NCBI GenBank assembly: GCA_013265495.1
Contig: MU057719.1
Span: forward strand, 250,001-314,000
Reading direction: 5' to 3'
DNA: 64,000 nucleotides
Origin: Vicugna vicugna
Taxonomy: Eukaryota
How positions within the stretch are numbered: position 1 is the stretch's first letter; every line of letters begins with the position of its first letter. Below the pieces are notes generated by a model that did no database searches, had not been told where the DNA came from, and saw only the letters and a list, made by a program, of their open reading frames with translations. A program made the translations under genes and the position numbers. This document shows positions 1-11,607 of this stretch, piece after piece.

Positions 1-3000
1 TTGCGGGGCTCCTGGCCCCCTGCCCACACACACAGCACGCTTGCACACACAGGCTGCGCTCAGACCTGCCAACATTCCCAAGGCCGCCACCGCCGCCTCT
101 CGGAGACCCCAGCCCAGGCCTAGGCCTGCCCCAGAACAGCTTGTCTCTGGCTGGGCTGAGCGGCCCAGCCCCGTCCTGCTGACAACCAGGGCAGGGAGAG
201 CCTGGGGGCAGCACTGCTCCACTGGAAAAGCACCCAAACAGAAGGCTGGGGAGCCAGGTTCCTGGAGAATTCTCTGGAAACGGACCTTGTTGGCTCCTGC
301 ACACAGTCCATTCAAGGCTCCTGCAGGGTCAAGTCCAGACCCCACACGCGCTCCCTGGGCCCGGCCCGGCCGCAGGCCTTGGGGCAAGAACCCAGGACTC
401 TTCTCTCATCTCTGGGCCACTGCATAGGCTGCTCCCCATCCGCTCCCTCGTCTGGATCTGCAGGTTGTCACCTCCAGAAAGCCTTCCCTCAAGCCCCACC
501 CCAGCCCAGGTGGATGGAGGCCCTTTCACCCTGGACTGCAGCTGCCCATGCCCTGTCCCTCACCCCAACCAGAGCCTGAGCCCTCGCCTACCTCCTGCCT
601 GAAAGTGGCCACTGACAGTCTGACTGGCCTCCTGCCCAGCTTACAGCTCATCAGGCCAGAACACTCAGACCGGGCTAGGCAGGACTTGGTGGTCTTGGCT
701 CTGACCTGGGGGTGGTGGGCAGCCCTCTTAGAAGCAGCACACGCCTCCCATGGGGACTCCGCTGAAAGACACGACCCCAGGTGGGCAGGCGGGCAGGGTC
801 TCTCCAGGAAAACACATGCAGGGGGCACACCTCTGCCCATCACGCCCCCACGCATCAGGAGGGTCCCAGGCCACCTGCGACTGCCCCCTAACCTGTCTCC
901 CTGGACTCCCAGGCATCATGGACGACTGCAGGAACCCCCACCCTTCGCTGAGTGGCCAGGCCTCCCCGTCAGCTGTCACTTTTCCCCGCCAACCGTGGGT
1001 CTGCCGTGAAACATCCCGCGACTCTCCAAGGTCTCGTCCTAAGATAGGACAGGCGGTAGGCTGCCAGGGCAAAGCTGATAAATGTACAGAGAGACCCTGA
1101 TTTACACCCCATTTCCTAAGGACGTGGACTCTGACCTGAGGGTGGCCCTCACTGCTTACTTCTGGTGTGGGTCTGTGTTCCAGAAGGTTCCGGCTAACAG
1201 AAATCTACGCTCTGGTTGGGTGGCACATCGCCGCCCTACGCCGGCTCAGGACCATGTCCACCCCGGCGACCCCCCGCACCTCGCAGGCCTGGCGCCCGGG
1301 GCCACAGCCCACCTTCTTCAACACCCCTAGCCGGCACAGAAGAGGAAACTGAGGCCGGGCAGTACCTGACATCACACCGCTGCAGGAGAGGGGCCGAGGC
1401 GAGACCCAGGTCTGCACAGGCCCCTCCCCAACCCTGCAAAGCCCCCTTCCCCCAGGGCCCCGCACGGAGTCCAGGGAGCGGGCGGGAGGGCGCACTCTGG
1501 CCGGGCTTCTCCCCGGGGAGGGGGCCCCCCAGCCGGGGCAGGCCCCAAACCTGTCTGCCTGCCCCAGACACCCTGTGCCTGGACAAGGATCCGCTCCACT
1601 GCGTTCCTCAGCCCGGCCGACCGAGCGGCCGCCACAGGCCGGGCACGCAGATAAGGAGGCACGGGGAGCAGGCGGGTGGGCTCAGCAGTGGGTATTTGCT
1701 CTGCTCTGTTCTGTTCCGTTTCCGCCCCCATGGTGCCTTCACGGCTCCCTGGGGGTGCCCAGCACCGGGCTTGGGCACTGAGGTTCGAGGCCGCCACAGG
1801 GCTGTGGGGTTGGGAGGGAGGCAAGCGAGAGGACCCCAGGGAGACACCCTGTCTCACGGGGTGGGGCCCGAGCTGGCCCCAGGCCGGGGAGGCCCTTCCC
1901 GACAGCACAGAACCCCACCAGTCCCCGGCCAAAGCCCAGCAAGATCTGGGCCAAGAGCCACTGAGCAAGACCATCACCGTACCCTCGGCACGCAGGGCGC
2001 CGGGCAAACGGGGCCTTCCCTTGGCCAGGGGGCCAACTCTCCCCCAGCCTCCTCTGTGCAAAGCGCAGCCGGCAGAGCCGCCACACCGCAGCAGCACGCA
2101 GTGGGGTCCCCGAGTCCCTTGGCCCGGCCCCCCGCTAGGGGACTTTCCTCACACCCAGCACAATGGGACCCCAAAGCCCACTGCCACACACCATGTGTCT
2201 CCCCGGCGCGAGCTAGACCCCCCCCACCTTACAAAGACCCAGCACGTGGCCCTTCACATTCCTAAGTCACTGATGAGAAAACTGAGGCTCCGAGTGGTTG
2301 AGTAACCTGCCCGTGCCCCCCCTCCGCGCCCCCCAGTGGGTGTGACCCCCAAAAGCTTGACACTGCCCCCCTCCTTGGGACCCGCCTACTGGGAAGTTGG
2401 ACAAAGGCGGGGTGGCTTCCCAAGAAGGCCGCCACCCTGCCCCAGCCCACCAGGGGCAGCAGGGAAGGAACAAAGGCCAGCAGGGTCGGTGCTCTCCTGG
2501 TCACTAGGACAAGGTGGCCTGGCCCGGGACAAGCAAGAGCTCTGGTGGGCCCCCTCTGGCTCCCAGTGGGGGCACAACCCTCTAGGGGTACTGTGGTCCA
2601 GCAGCCACTGCATCCCTTGTCCCCCAGGCCTGACCGTGGTCAACACCCCCACCAAGGGCTTATCTGACACCTGGGAGCAGCCCAGCCTCCGCACAGCCTC
2701 TGCTCCTCTGGGCGCCACGAAGCTTTCCAAAACACGCAGACTCCAGGGCAGGGCAGAGCCAGGGCCTGGGGAGGAATTCCCCACACAGCTGCAGGTTGCA
2801 CAACGGGCCAGGTCCCTACCTGCCTGCGCAGTGTTGCAAGGACCCGCCGCCCTTCCAGCTGGAGAACACTGCGAGGGCAGAGGCTGGTGCCTCCCCCACC
2901 CTCAGCGTGAGGCAGGGGTCTAGGCCTCCCCAGTCTCCAGGGGCGAGGCCCTGGCCACAGGGGATGCTCCGAAAACCTCTGCGAAGAGCTGCTACCCTGG

Positions 3001-3907
3001 CCCTCCTCTTGGACCCCACTGCCCCGCCTAATTCTGGGCCTGTGCCCTTCCCTCCCCACCCCACCCGAGAGATGGAGCCCAAACAAGGGACTATTAACCG
3101 GAACTGACGTGCAGTGATTCCCGGGGCGGGCACTGCTCACCTCCCCAGTCTCCCCCAGGGCAGATCAGGAAACTGGGACTAGGGCTGGGGCTGCTGCCGA
3201 GGTCTCCCTGACCCACTGTCTGCCGCTGAGCTCAAAGGGCTCCCTGCTCCCCACAGCTCAGGCCAGCCCAGCCGGGGAGCTCAGGCGCCCGGCTCCCCAG
3301 GCACGGCTCACGTCGACCCGAGGCCTGCAGCACAGACCCTGAGACCCGGGCCTGCACTTCCCCCTGCAAGGCCGCATGCTGGGGGAGGAAGAGGCAGAGG
3401 AGAGCCAGGCACAGAGGAGGGTTCGGAGACAGCCGGCCCCTGCGTGCAAGGATGGGGTGGTCTGGCCCAGCCCTACCCTGAACCCCAGAGGCCAACCTGG
3501 GCAGAAGAGAGAGAAAGCACACCCCTCCTGGAATCACGGGGCCCGGGTGCTTCTAGAACAGACCCTGCTCACACAGCTTCCTGAGAGCAGGGGAGTCTGT
3601 CCCCTGGGGTCCCTCAGGTCCAAACACCCCAGAACACCAGGGCAGGCTCCCCAACTCCCAGTGGAGACCTCCCAGTGGCCTCTCAGTCCCTTCACCTCCA
3701 GGCCCATCGCCAGCCCTGGAAGGCCCAGGCGCTGGAGGGGAAGGCAGAGTGAGCAGGGCTCTGCGGGACGGGATCCAGAGATCAGGGACCAGGACAACCA
3801 TCGCCCTAGGAGCACGGAGGGCCCGGGACGCGGGAGCGAGGTCTGACCCAGATCCGAGACACCTGGTACAACCACGCCCCTGGGGTTTAAACCTCAAGGG
3901 AAATCCG

Positions 3908-3940
3908 ACACACACACGCACGCACGCGCGCGCGCACGCG
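3908..3940. repeat. alternating purine-pyrimidine tract (CA)n/(CG)n
   Basis: ACACACACACGCACGCACGCGCGCGCGCACGCG read directly; contains a (CG)5 run. Confidence 0.9.
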
Positions 3941-5038
3941 AAGGAGGTGGGGGGCGCCTGGCCTGATGACGGCTGCCCAGCATTGCCCAGGGGGCTGCGG
4001 GAAAGCCGCGGAGTCCAGGCACGGCTCCCAAGGCTGCTGATCTAACTGGCCTAGGGTGGGGCCTGGTCACGGGGGCTTCTGAAAATGCCCTGCTTCCAAA
4101 GGAGGGCAGCTGGGGTGAGAAGTTCTGATCAGGCCAGCACAAGGCTGCATACAGCACGGCTGTTAACAAACCCGCAGGCCTTCTCACGCCAGGCTGCTCA
4201 AGGGGGAGGATGCAGAATAGCCCACAGCAGTGCCCAGCTGAAGAATCTGCAGGAGTTATGATTCCACGGGCACGGCCTCATCATTCAGCCCTTAGTGGAA
4301 GAGCTCGATTCAATTAGCCGTGGACGCCAGCAGACCCAGGATGCAATGGCACGCACACACCCCTTCTGCCCATGGTTCTCCCTGGGGCCGTCCCAGCACC
4401 CTTTCCCGCCGAGGGCCCGGGCCTCCTCCCCGCAGAGCCCCAGGCAGCCCCAGCCAGACAATCAGAGGCCTGCGGGCTGCTACGGGCCCCGGCCCTCCTG
4501 GCACAACCGCACGGGAGGCCAGAGCATGCGTGGCCTGAGTCCCGGCCCCAGCCCTCTGAAGCAGCACCGCTCACACACCAGCCCCACACGGTCCCACCGG
4601 CACCCTCAGCCACCCCCGGCCGCAGACGTGGCTCTCTAAGGTCACCCTCAGCGGGGCTTGCACAGGCGTCTGGAGCTATGCCGGGGTCTTGCCAACACCG
4701 TCAGCGAGAGGTCATGACTCCCAGGGCACCGGTGGCTCAGCTTACCAAACAGGTACGCCCACACCTGGAGATAAATCACCTTCCGAAGACACCAGCCGGC
4801 TTCAGAAAGAAAAAGCGCCCTCCCTTTCCTGAAGCCTGGCATCGCCACGCAGCGGCACCTCAGCCCTCCTGCCCTGGGGTGGGCAGGTGACCTGCTGGCC
4901 TAGAGAAGCAGGGGCGCATCCAAGCCCCCACCTTCAGGAGGACTGAAGGTCCAGCTGGACGCACTGGGGACCCACGGGTTCCAGGAAGCTGCCAGTGAAC
5001 CACTTTGTAGAGTCGGTAATCTTGAAAGCAAGTGAAGA

Positions 5039-5185
5039 GGGGAGAGATACAGCTCAAGTGGTAGAGCACGTGCTTAGCACGCACAAGGTCCCAGGTTCAA
5101 TCCCCAGCACCTCCTCTAAAAATAAATCAGTAAACCTAATTGCCTTCCCCCTCGCAGCAGTAGCAGCAGCAGCAACAACAAGAAA
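5039..5185 (+). mobile_element. tRNA-Ala-derived camelid SINE (Vic-1 type)
   Basis: Head GGGGAGAGATACAGCTCAAGTGGTAGAGCACGTGCTTAGCACGCACAAGGTCCCAGGTTCAATCCCCAGCACCTCC with Pol III A and B boxes; body TAAAAATAAATCAGTAAACCTAATTGCCTTCCCCC; tail degenerated to CAG/CAA repeats; matches recalled Vic-1 consensus. Confidence 0.88.
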
Positions 5186-6061
5186 GCAGAGCTTTGCTCA
5201 AAGCTGGGAATGCCTGTGGCGGCCACGCGGAAAGGGGCCAGCCTAAGGCACACGGCGTACACGCACACGCGGGGCACACGTAGCCCAGGCCGCCGGGGCC
5301 CCCGCCACCTCCCTCCACCAGGCCCTGGGCCTCCCGCACCAAGGGCTGTCAGAAACCCCATCTTCCGGGGACATCCGCGAGCACGACTCCAGCTGCCTCT
5401 AAATCAGTTTATAAAGACGAACATGCCTCCTCCCCAGCAGGGCCAGCTCAGCCCAGCATCTGCTCTGGCTTCCTCAGGCCCCAGGACCCAGCTGTGGACC
5501 TGCCCCTCCCTGCCTCCCTGGCAACCCTGGCCCCTTCCTTCCAGGGCCAGAGGGGGACCCCACACCCCAACTCTGCAGACACTGGAGGGCCCGGGGCTGC
5601 TCACGGCTCCCGGCCCGCACGCTTGGGGCCCAGCCCAGACAGCAGGGGGAAGCCGCTGCGCTCACCGGCCAGAGCAGGACCCAAGGGCGCAAGCTGCCCT
5701 CTGCCTCTCCCAGTGGGACCAACGCCTACGCCAGGAACCTGGGGGCCCGGCCCCCAGCAGAGAGCAAAGACGGGGTGGGAAGGGGGAGTACGGCGCCAGG
5801 CCCCCGCCGCCTCAGGCCAGGAAGATGAGCGGACAGGGCCAGCGTGCCCTGGCCGCCCCAGCCCGCGCAGCCCCCACCTCCCCCGAGACGGGGGCCGGCG
5901 AGCCTGCCCCACCCCGCGCCCTGACAACACGTGGGCAACACAGAACTGCTGTGGAGCCGCTCGGTCCACCCCCGGGCACCAGGCACCGTGACTCTGTTTC
6001 CCAGGGAAAACCAACACCAAGTGGGGTGGGAGCCGCAGGGCCGGGCCCGGGCACCCGGCCC

Positions 6062-6113
6062 CCAGCGCCCCCGGCAGCAGCGACCAGCGCCCCCGGCAGC
6101 AGCGACCAGCGCC
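6062..6113. repeat. 22-bp tandem duplication (2.4 copies)
   Basis: CCAGCGCCCCCGGCAGCAGCGA at 6062-6083 and 6084-6105 (identical), then partial CCAGCGCC. Confidence 0.95.
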
Positions 6114-6884
6114 GGCCCCGCCAAAGGAAAACAAGGGAGGCCCGGCAGAGGGTGGCGGGAGGCTGGGTGGTCCAGACACGTAGCCTCGCACAGTCTGCTG
6201 CCAAGCAGGGGCGAGGCGGGGGGAGCAGGGCAGTGCGGCCGAGCCCTGCCGCCAGTCCCCAGGCCTGGACTGGGACCCCTGCACCGTCCCCAGGGCCCTG
6301 AGGCCGCCCTTCTGACCCCTAATGGCCCAGGTGAGCAGCCACCAGGCCCGGCGGGACCCCAGCCCAGCCCACACCCGTGTGTTCAACCCACCCATCAGGA
6401 GACACACGTCCAACCACGTCCCGGCGCCCCCACGGCCCGCGAGGCCTAGTGTCAACTCACCTGCCCCATCCCACCAGGCACCCATCCCACACCCGGGCAG
6501 GCCCAAGCCCACGGCAGCCCTGGACCAGGCCCTCGCACCCTCAGCCCTGCCCTGCTCACACATCACTCCCAGCCCTCGCTGCTCCCCCCTGCCTGTGAGA
6601 CCTCGCTCCCTCCTGCAGGGCCATCAGGGCTCCAACTCCACACACCAGGCCTCAGCCACCCAGGGTCTCCCCGTCGCGACACACATGCACACGCTCGCAC
6701 GCGTGCACACGGAGACCAGATACCGCCACCCACCCTCCCACACACAGACCAGAACGACCCACCCAACACACGCCAGCCACGCACACACCCCCATGCCCAG
6801 CCAGAGCCGCGCTGCGTGGCCTCCGCAAACCCCTCCCAGGCCCCCGCACACCCACTCTGGCACACCCCACTCTGCACCATTCAC

Positions 6885-7135
6885 CTCTCGTTTTCATGGT
6901 TAAAACTCCATTCACAGCAGCAGATCGGTTATTACGTCTCGGCCTTAATTAAAGAGGGCCGCCGAACGGCATTTTAAGCAGCGATGTCATTTTCTAATTG
7001 ACAAGGCTCCACTACCAAGAAAAATACTCAAATGGGCCTGAAACGGAGCCGGTGCCCCTCCTACGTCCCCCGGAGCAGGGGATGACAGCTCAGCTTCAAT
7101 TTTCAATCCGCTGATGAAATATTCACAGGCCGGGG
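6885..7135. promoter_or_regulatory. candidate conserved non-coding element / enhancer
   Basis: Non-repetitive AT-richer island in GC-rich background with TTAATTAA (6945-6952), TGTCA-TAATT-TGACA (6985-7003), TGACAGCT (7083-7090) and retained CpGs; conservation not tested. Confidence 0.5.
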
Positions 7136-10100
7136 AGAGGATCACGTTTCCCAAGGTGTAGGCTCCCCGCCCTCTCCAGGGGCTCCCCGAGCTGCATGGA
7201 CCTGACTTCGGGGTGACGAGGTCAGGGCAGTCTGAAGGAGCAGAGCCCACAGCACAGGGGCCAGACATCCACCCGGCCCGCAGCCAGCAACCTGCTCATG
7301 GCCTGGGCCGCCTCCCGCCCCCTGCATCCTGCTCTAGGCATCGCAAACCCCACCGCTGGCAGGCTCTCCAGGGGTGATTCCCCGGAAGGGAACCTTGTGG
7401 CCCAAGGTCACCAGTGACATCCTCCAAGCCTCTTGGCCCCAACCCTACCACATCGGGACCTCCAATGCCAGTCCAACCCCCTCCAGGAGAACCAGCCCTG
7501 TCCCCGAGACTGTAGTTCCCTAAGAAAGGTCTCAGAGGGCCCAGCCCCTCACGCCAGCACTTCCTCACCGACCGGCACGTGCACCTCCAGGCTGCAAACA
7601 CTCCCCAGAACAGCTGAGTCGGCTGCCCCCATTTTACAGGCAGGGACGCTGGGGCCAGAGAGGGGAGGCTCTGACCACCCTCCACCCAGGAGCATGGGCA
7701 TGGCCAGGTGAGAAGGCCATGTGACCCTCAGCCTCTGGTGGTGGCAGCACAGCCCATCCCTCTCAAGGAGCCACCGAGAGCGGAGGTGCTGACGTCACCC
7801 GAGGTACAGATGAAGCCACAGAACGGGCGGGAGGGGCCAGGACCCTCCTCTCTGGAACGCGTCCCCATGGGTGGTGGGGGCGGGCAAGGACTCTGGCAGG
7901 GGATTAAAATATCCCAGACGAGCAGCCCCCGGCTCAGGAGGTGCAGGTGGAGCAAGGCCCCCACGCAGCCGGCTTCGATTTCCCATGCAGACCGCATGGA
8001 GAGCGTGGCCAGAGGACATGGCTGCGGGCCACGGCAGCCAGACCCAGGCCACTGGTCAGGTGGCCGCTGTGCCCTCCGAGGAGGAAGGCGCTGCAGGGAA
8101 CCACAGGCCTCCGAGGAGCACGAGCCCTCCGCAGGCCCACTGGCCATGAGATCAGGACAGGCAGCCGCCTCTACAGATGAAGGAACCAAGTGAGGCTCAG
8201 AGGGGCAAAGGGCCCCTCCAGAGCCACGGCGAGTGGGCCGGGCATCTCTAATGCCAGTGGTGCGTCTGGCCCTCCACCAGGCAGTGTCAACCCCAAGGGC
8301 TCTCAGAAGCCCATCCCCCTCCCTCCCCCACCTCCCTCCTCCGCAGCTTCCACGCATGGAGCTTGACACTGACCAGCTGCCCAGTTAGCCCGGACAGGTC
8401 ATTTAATCAAAGCGTGCGACCAGCACAGCATCTCCTGATATCACTGGGCAGATGCGCCCGCCTGGCCATCTGGTGGGCCCGCTCTTCCTGACCCTGGGCC
8501 TGCGCACACTCTGGGCAGAGGCGTGAGTCCAGGGCACGGGGAAGGCAGCCGGGCAGTGCAGGGACCTGCAGGCAGCAGGCAGCGGGTGGGGGGTGCCAAG
8601 GGCAGAACGCTGGTGTATGCTGTCACCCACTCTGCTGCCCGGCCACCTGAGCCGGCCGCACTGCCCCTCCTCTCAGCAGCCTTCCCGGGTGGGCACAGCC
8701 CAGGGGCTCAGCCCTGGGGGGTCGTGTGCACACAGCTATGATGCTAGGGCTCGCCCCCTAGATGTCCACTCAGAATGAATATGCCCACGTACTCAAAGAC
8801 AGAGGAACAGGCTGCCCCAGGTCGGGCCAAAGACACAGACCTCGTGAGACGAGGCAGGGGCCCCAGCACAGGGCCTCTGGTGTCGCCGGCCCAGCCCTGC
8901 CCATGCTCACACTGACCCCAGTCCCCATCCCCTAATCTCTCTGTACATACTGAGCCTCCGGGACAGAGAAGCCCTGGCCCCGGCCGGGCGCTCTGGCCAC
9001 CACCACCAAGCACAGCTGTTTTATCCAAAAACACGACCCACGTGGTCCCGCAGAACCTCCAAGACGTCAAAGCTTACTCAGCCCCAGGGCGGGTCCCAGC
9101 CCACCGGCCAGGGTCACCGACACAGCCCACCAGAGCAAGCTGCCTTTCCCTCCCCCGCTGCCCAGGCAGGCTCCTCAACTCCCAGACACGAGTGCCCACC
9201 CCAGAGCCACCCACCCCAGCAGGCAGGCCTACCCCTGTCCCTTCCCTCCTGCCCCATCAGGGATGCCCACCCTCCCCACTCACCAAGCCTCGCCCGGCCC
9301 TCCCCCCAGGCTGAGTCGCTCCCCGCCCAGGGCTGCTCTAAGCAGGACCTCTGACAACACAGCGTCCAAGCACAAAGCTGGGCACAGCCGGGGGAGGGGG
9401 GGCCCCCATACCATCATCCAGAGGAGGCAGCGGCTCTAGGCCCAGCTACGGCGCAGAGCTGGTGCCTGCAGCCCAGCCAGCCCCCTCTCCTGGGACAGCC
9501 TCCGCGGGGCCCCATCGCCGTGGGTCCAGGGGCAGCGCAGGTCCCTGCCTGGAAGCACTGGGAGGCCAGGCATCCCCCACCTCCTCGGCCTGGGCCCTCC
9601 CTTCACTGCTTGTGACAGAACTGGGTCTCCGGCATGCCTGCCCCTCCCCGGAGCCTCTGCCCACTGACACGGCAGGGCTGGTGTCCAGGAGAAGCCCCGC
9701 TGAGGTCTGGAGACACAGGGCTGGCCTGGGGTTCCCGAGGCCACGCTTCAGGGCCACACTCAGAATTCCGCTCTCACTCGGGGACTGTGAGCCCTCCCAA
9801 TCTGGCATCTGAGGCCTCCAGGAGGGCATCTGAGGCCTGATGCTAGATGGATGGGCAGGCGCGACAGAGCCCCAGGACCCCAGGACAGATCTGGGTTCGG
9901 ACACGCAGGAGCACCCCCTCGGGAAGGCAGGTGAGCACCGAGGAGGGTCCCACAGCCAAGACAGGATCAAGGGTCCCCAGCAGCCAGCTGTGACTGGCCC
10001 TGACTGGTGGCAGGGCCCTCCCACGGCCGCACACCCCACACCTCCACCGGGAGCTCCCTGACGACCACCCCTCCCGCCAGGACGCCGTGCTCACCACACT

Positions 10101-10599
10101 TGCAAAGGCCACTCTGACCCCCACTGCCTGCCGTCCCCACCTCAAGTCTCCAGTCACGCCGACCAAATGCTGCACCTAGAACATTCGGCGCTCTGACCAC
10201 GGACCCCAGGTGCCCAGACCCCTCCCCAGGAATGGGTGTGGGGGGTCCCGGCCCTCCAGCCTCCACGTGGCCTGGCTCAGCCTTGTGCACCCTCGCCCGC
10301 CTGACCGCCCACCCAGGACTCTGGCCACCTCCCCACCACAGCCCTGGCCAACAGCACCACCACTCAGGCCCATCCCCACGCCTGCCCTGCTGGATGGACG
10401 TGGCTTAACTCCAGCCCAGACCCGAGTCACATCCCCATCCCCACGGCCCCCTCCTCCTCACAGTCTCAAGACCTCACCCTGCCCCGGGCCCAGTCTCACC
10501 CGGGCCAGGGCTCCCCACCACTGTGGGACAGGCCCAGTGCCCCCGCTGGGGCCCACCTGTCGCTCTCTCTCGCCGGCCCCGATCCCTGCCTCACCTCAC

Positions 10600-10790
10600 T
10601 GCCACCCAGCACTGGCCCCTTGCTGACCCTCACGGGCTGAGCTCACTCCCACCTCAGGGCCTTTGCACATGCTGCTCCCTCAGCCAGGGAAGTTATTCCT
10701 TCCCGTCTCTGCCCGGCCACCCCCCCTTCTGGCGCTACGACCTCACGCCAAAGGTCACCCCACATACCCAGGACTCAGCCATGGTCACTG
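10600..10790 (+). mobile_element. L2 (LINE-2) fragment
   Basis: CCTCAGGGCCTTTGCACATGCTGCTCCCTCAGCCAGGGAA matches the recalled L2 3' region motif CCTCAGGGCCTTTGCACATGCTGTTCCCTCTGCCTGGAA. Confidence 0.65.
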
Positions 10791-11279
10791 CAGTCCCCGT
10801 GCTCCTCTGGAGGTGGGGGTGTGGGGGTCAGAGGGGAGCCTGGCTCTGACCAGCCACGCCACAGAAGGCTCCTCCAGGGCCCTCCTGCTCAGTGGACGCC
10901 CCGACACTCCGCTGGCTGCCCCTCACACCCCAGCCCCCACCCATCCCGGCCGCGGGCGTGGCGTCTGCCCCTCGCTGTCTGGCCTCCCAAGCCGCCGGAG
11001 GCACGGCTCCACTCGGGGGTGTGGAGACAAAGGCAGGCTGACCACCCGGAGCCCACAATTAATCTCAGTCAACACCGTGGTGGGGCAGGGCGTCCTTCGC
11101 CCAGTGATTTACATTTTTATTAAATCACACAGGAAAATTAGAAACATTATTACTTCCCTCAGCCTTTAACTCCTTCTCTGCCCTGCACTGCACACAGGGC
11201 CCAGTGCTGTCCCTCCCAGGGTGACACCTAGGCTCCCACCCCACTGCCACCTGCCTGTCACTTCCACAGTGCTGGAAGG

Positions 11280-11607
11280 GCACAGGGCCCTCCCCTCCAG
11301 CACAGGGTCCCCCCCACCATAGGGCCACCCCCCAGCNNNNNNNNNNNNNNNNNNNNNNNNNNNNNNNNNNNNNNNNNNNNNNNNNNNNNNNNNNNNNNNN
11401 NNNNNNNNNNNNNNNNNNNNNNNNNNNNNNNNNNNNNNNNNNNNNNNNNNNNNNNNNNNNNNNNNNNNNNNNNNNNNNNNNNNNNNNNNNNNNNNNNNNN
11501 NNNNNNNNNNNNNNNNNNNNNNNNNNNNNNNNNNNNNNNNNNNTCCCCCCTACCATAGGGCCCCCCCCCCAGCACAGGGTCCCCCCCAGCACAGGGCCCT
11601 CCCCCAT
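11280..11607. repeat. GC-rich minisatellite (~17-18 bp unit) spanning an assembly gap
   Basis: Variants of CAGCACAGGGYCCCCCC / CACCATAGGGCCCCCCC occur on both sides of the N run. Confidence 0.85.
11337..11543. other. assembly gap (N run)
   Basis: 207 N bases. Confidence 1.

Noticed and set aside
1216..2265. 349-aa ORF (and similar long ORFs at 5210-6301, 13512-14879, 25526-26524, 28790-29812, 62301-63278)
   Set aside because: Pro/Gly/Ala/Arg/Ser-rich with no recognisable domain, overlapped by ORFs in other frames and strands, several crossing MIR or low-complexity DNA; expected from stop-codon scarcity at high GC
7790..7797. Isolated full CRE sites (7790, 37082) and a CTCF-like match at 20874-20887
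   Set aside because: Single short motifs without supporting context; a few are expected by chance in 64 kb of GC-rich DNA
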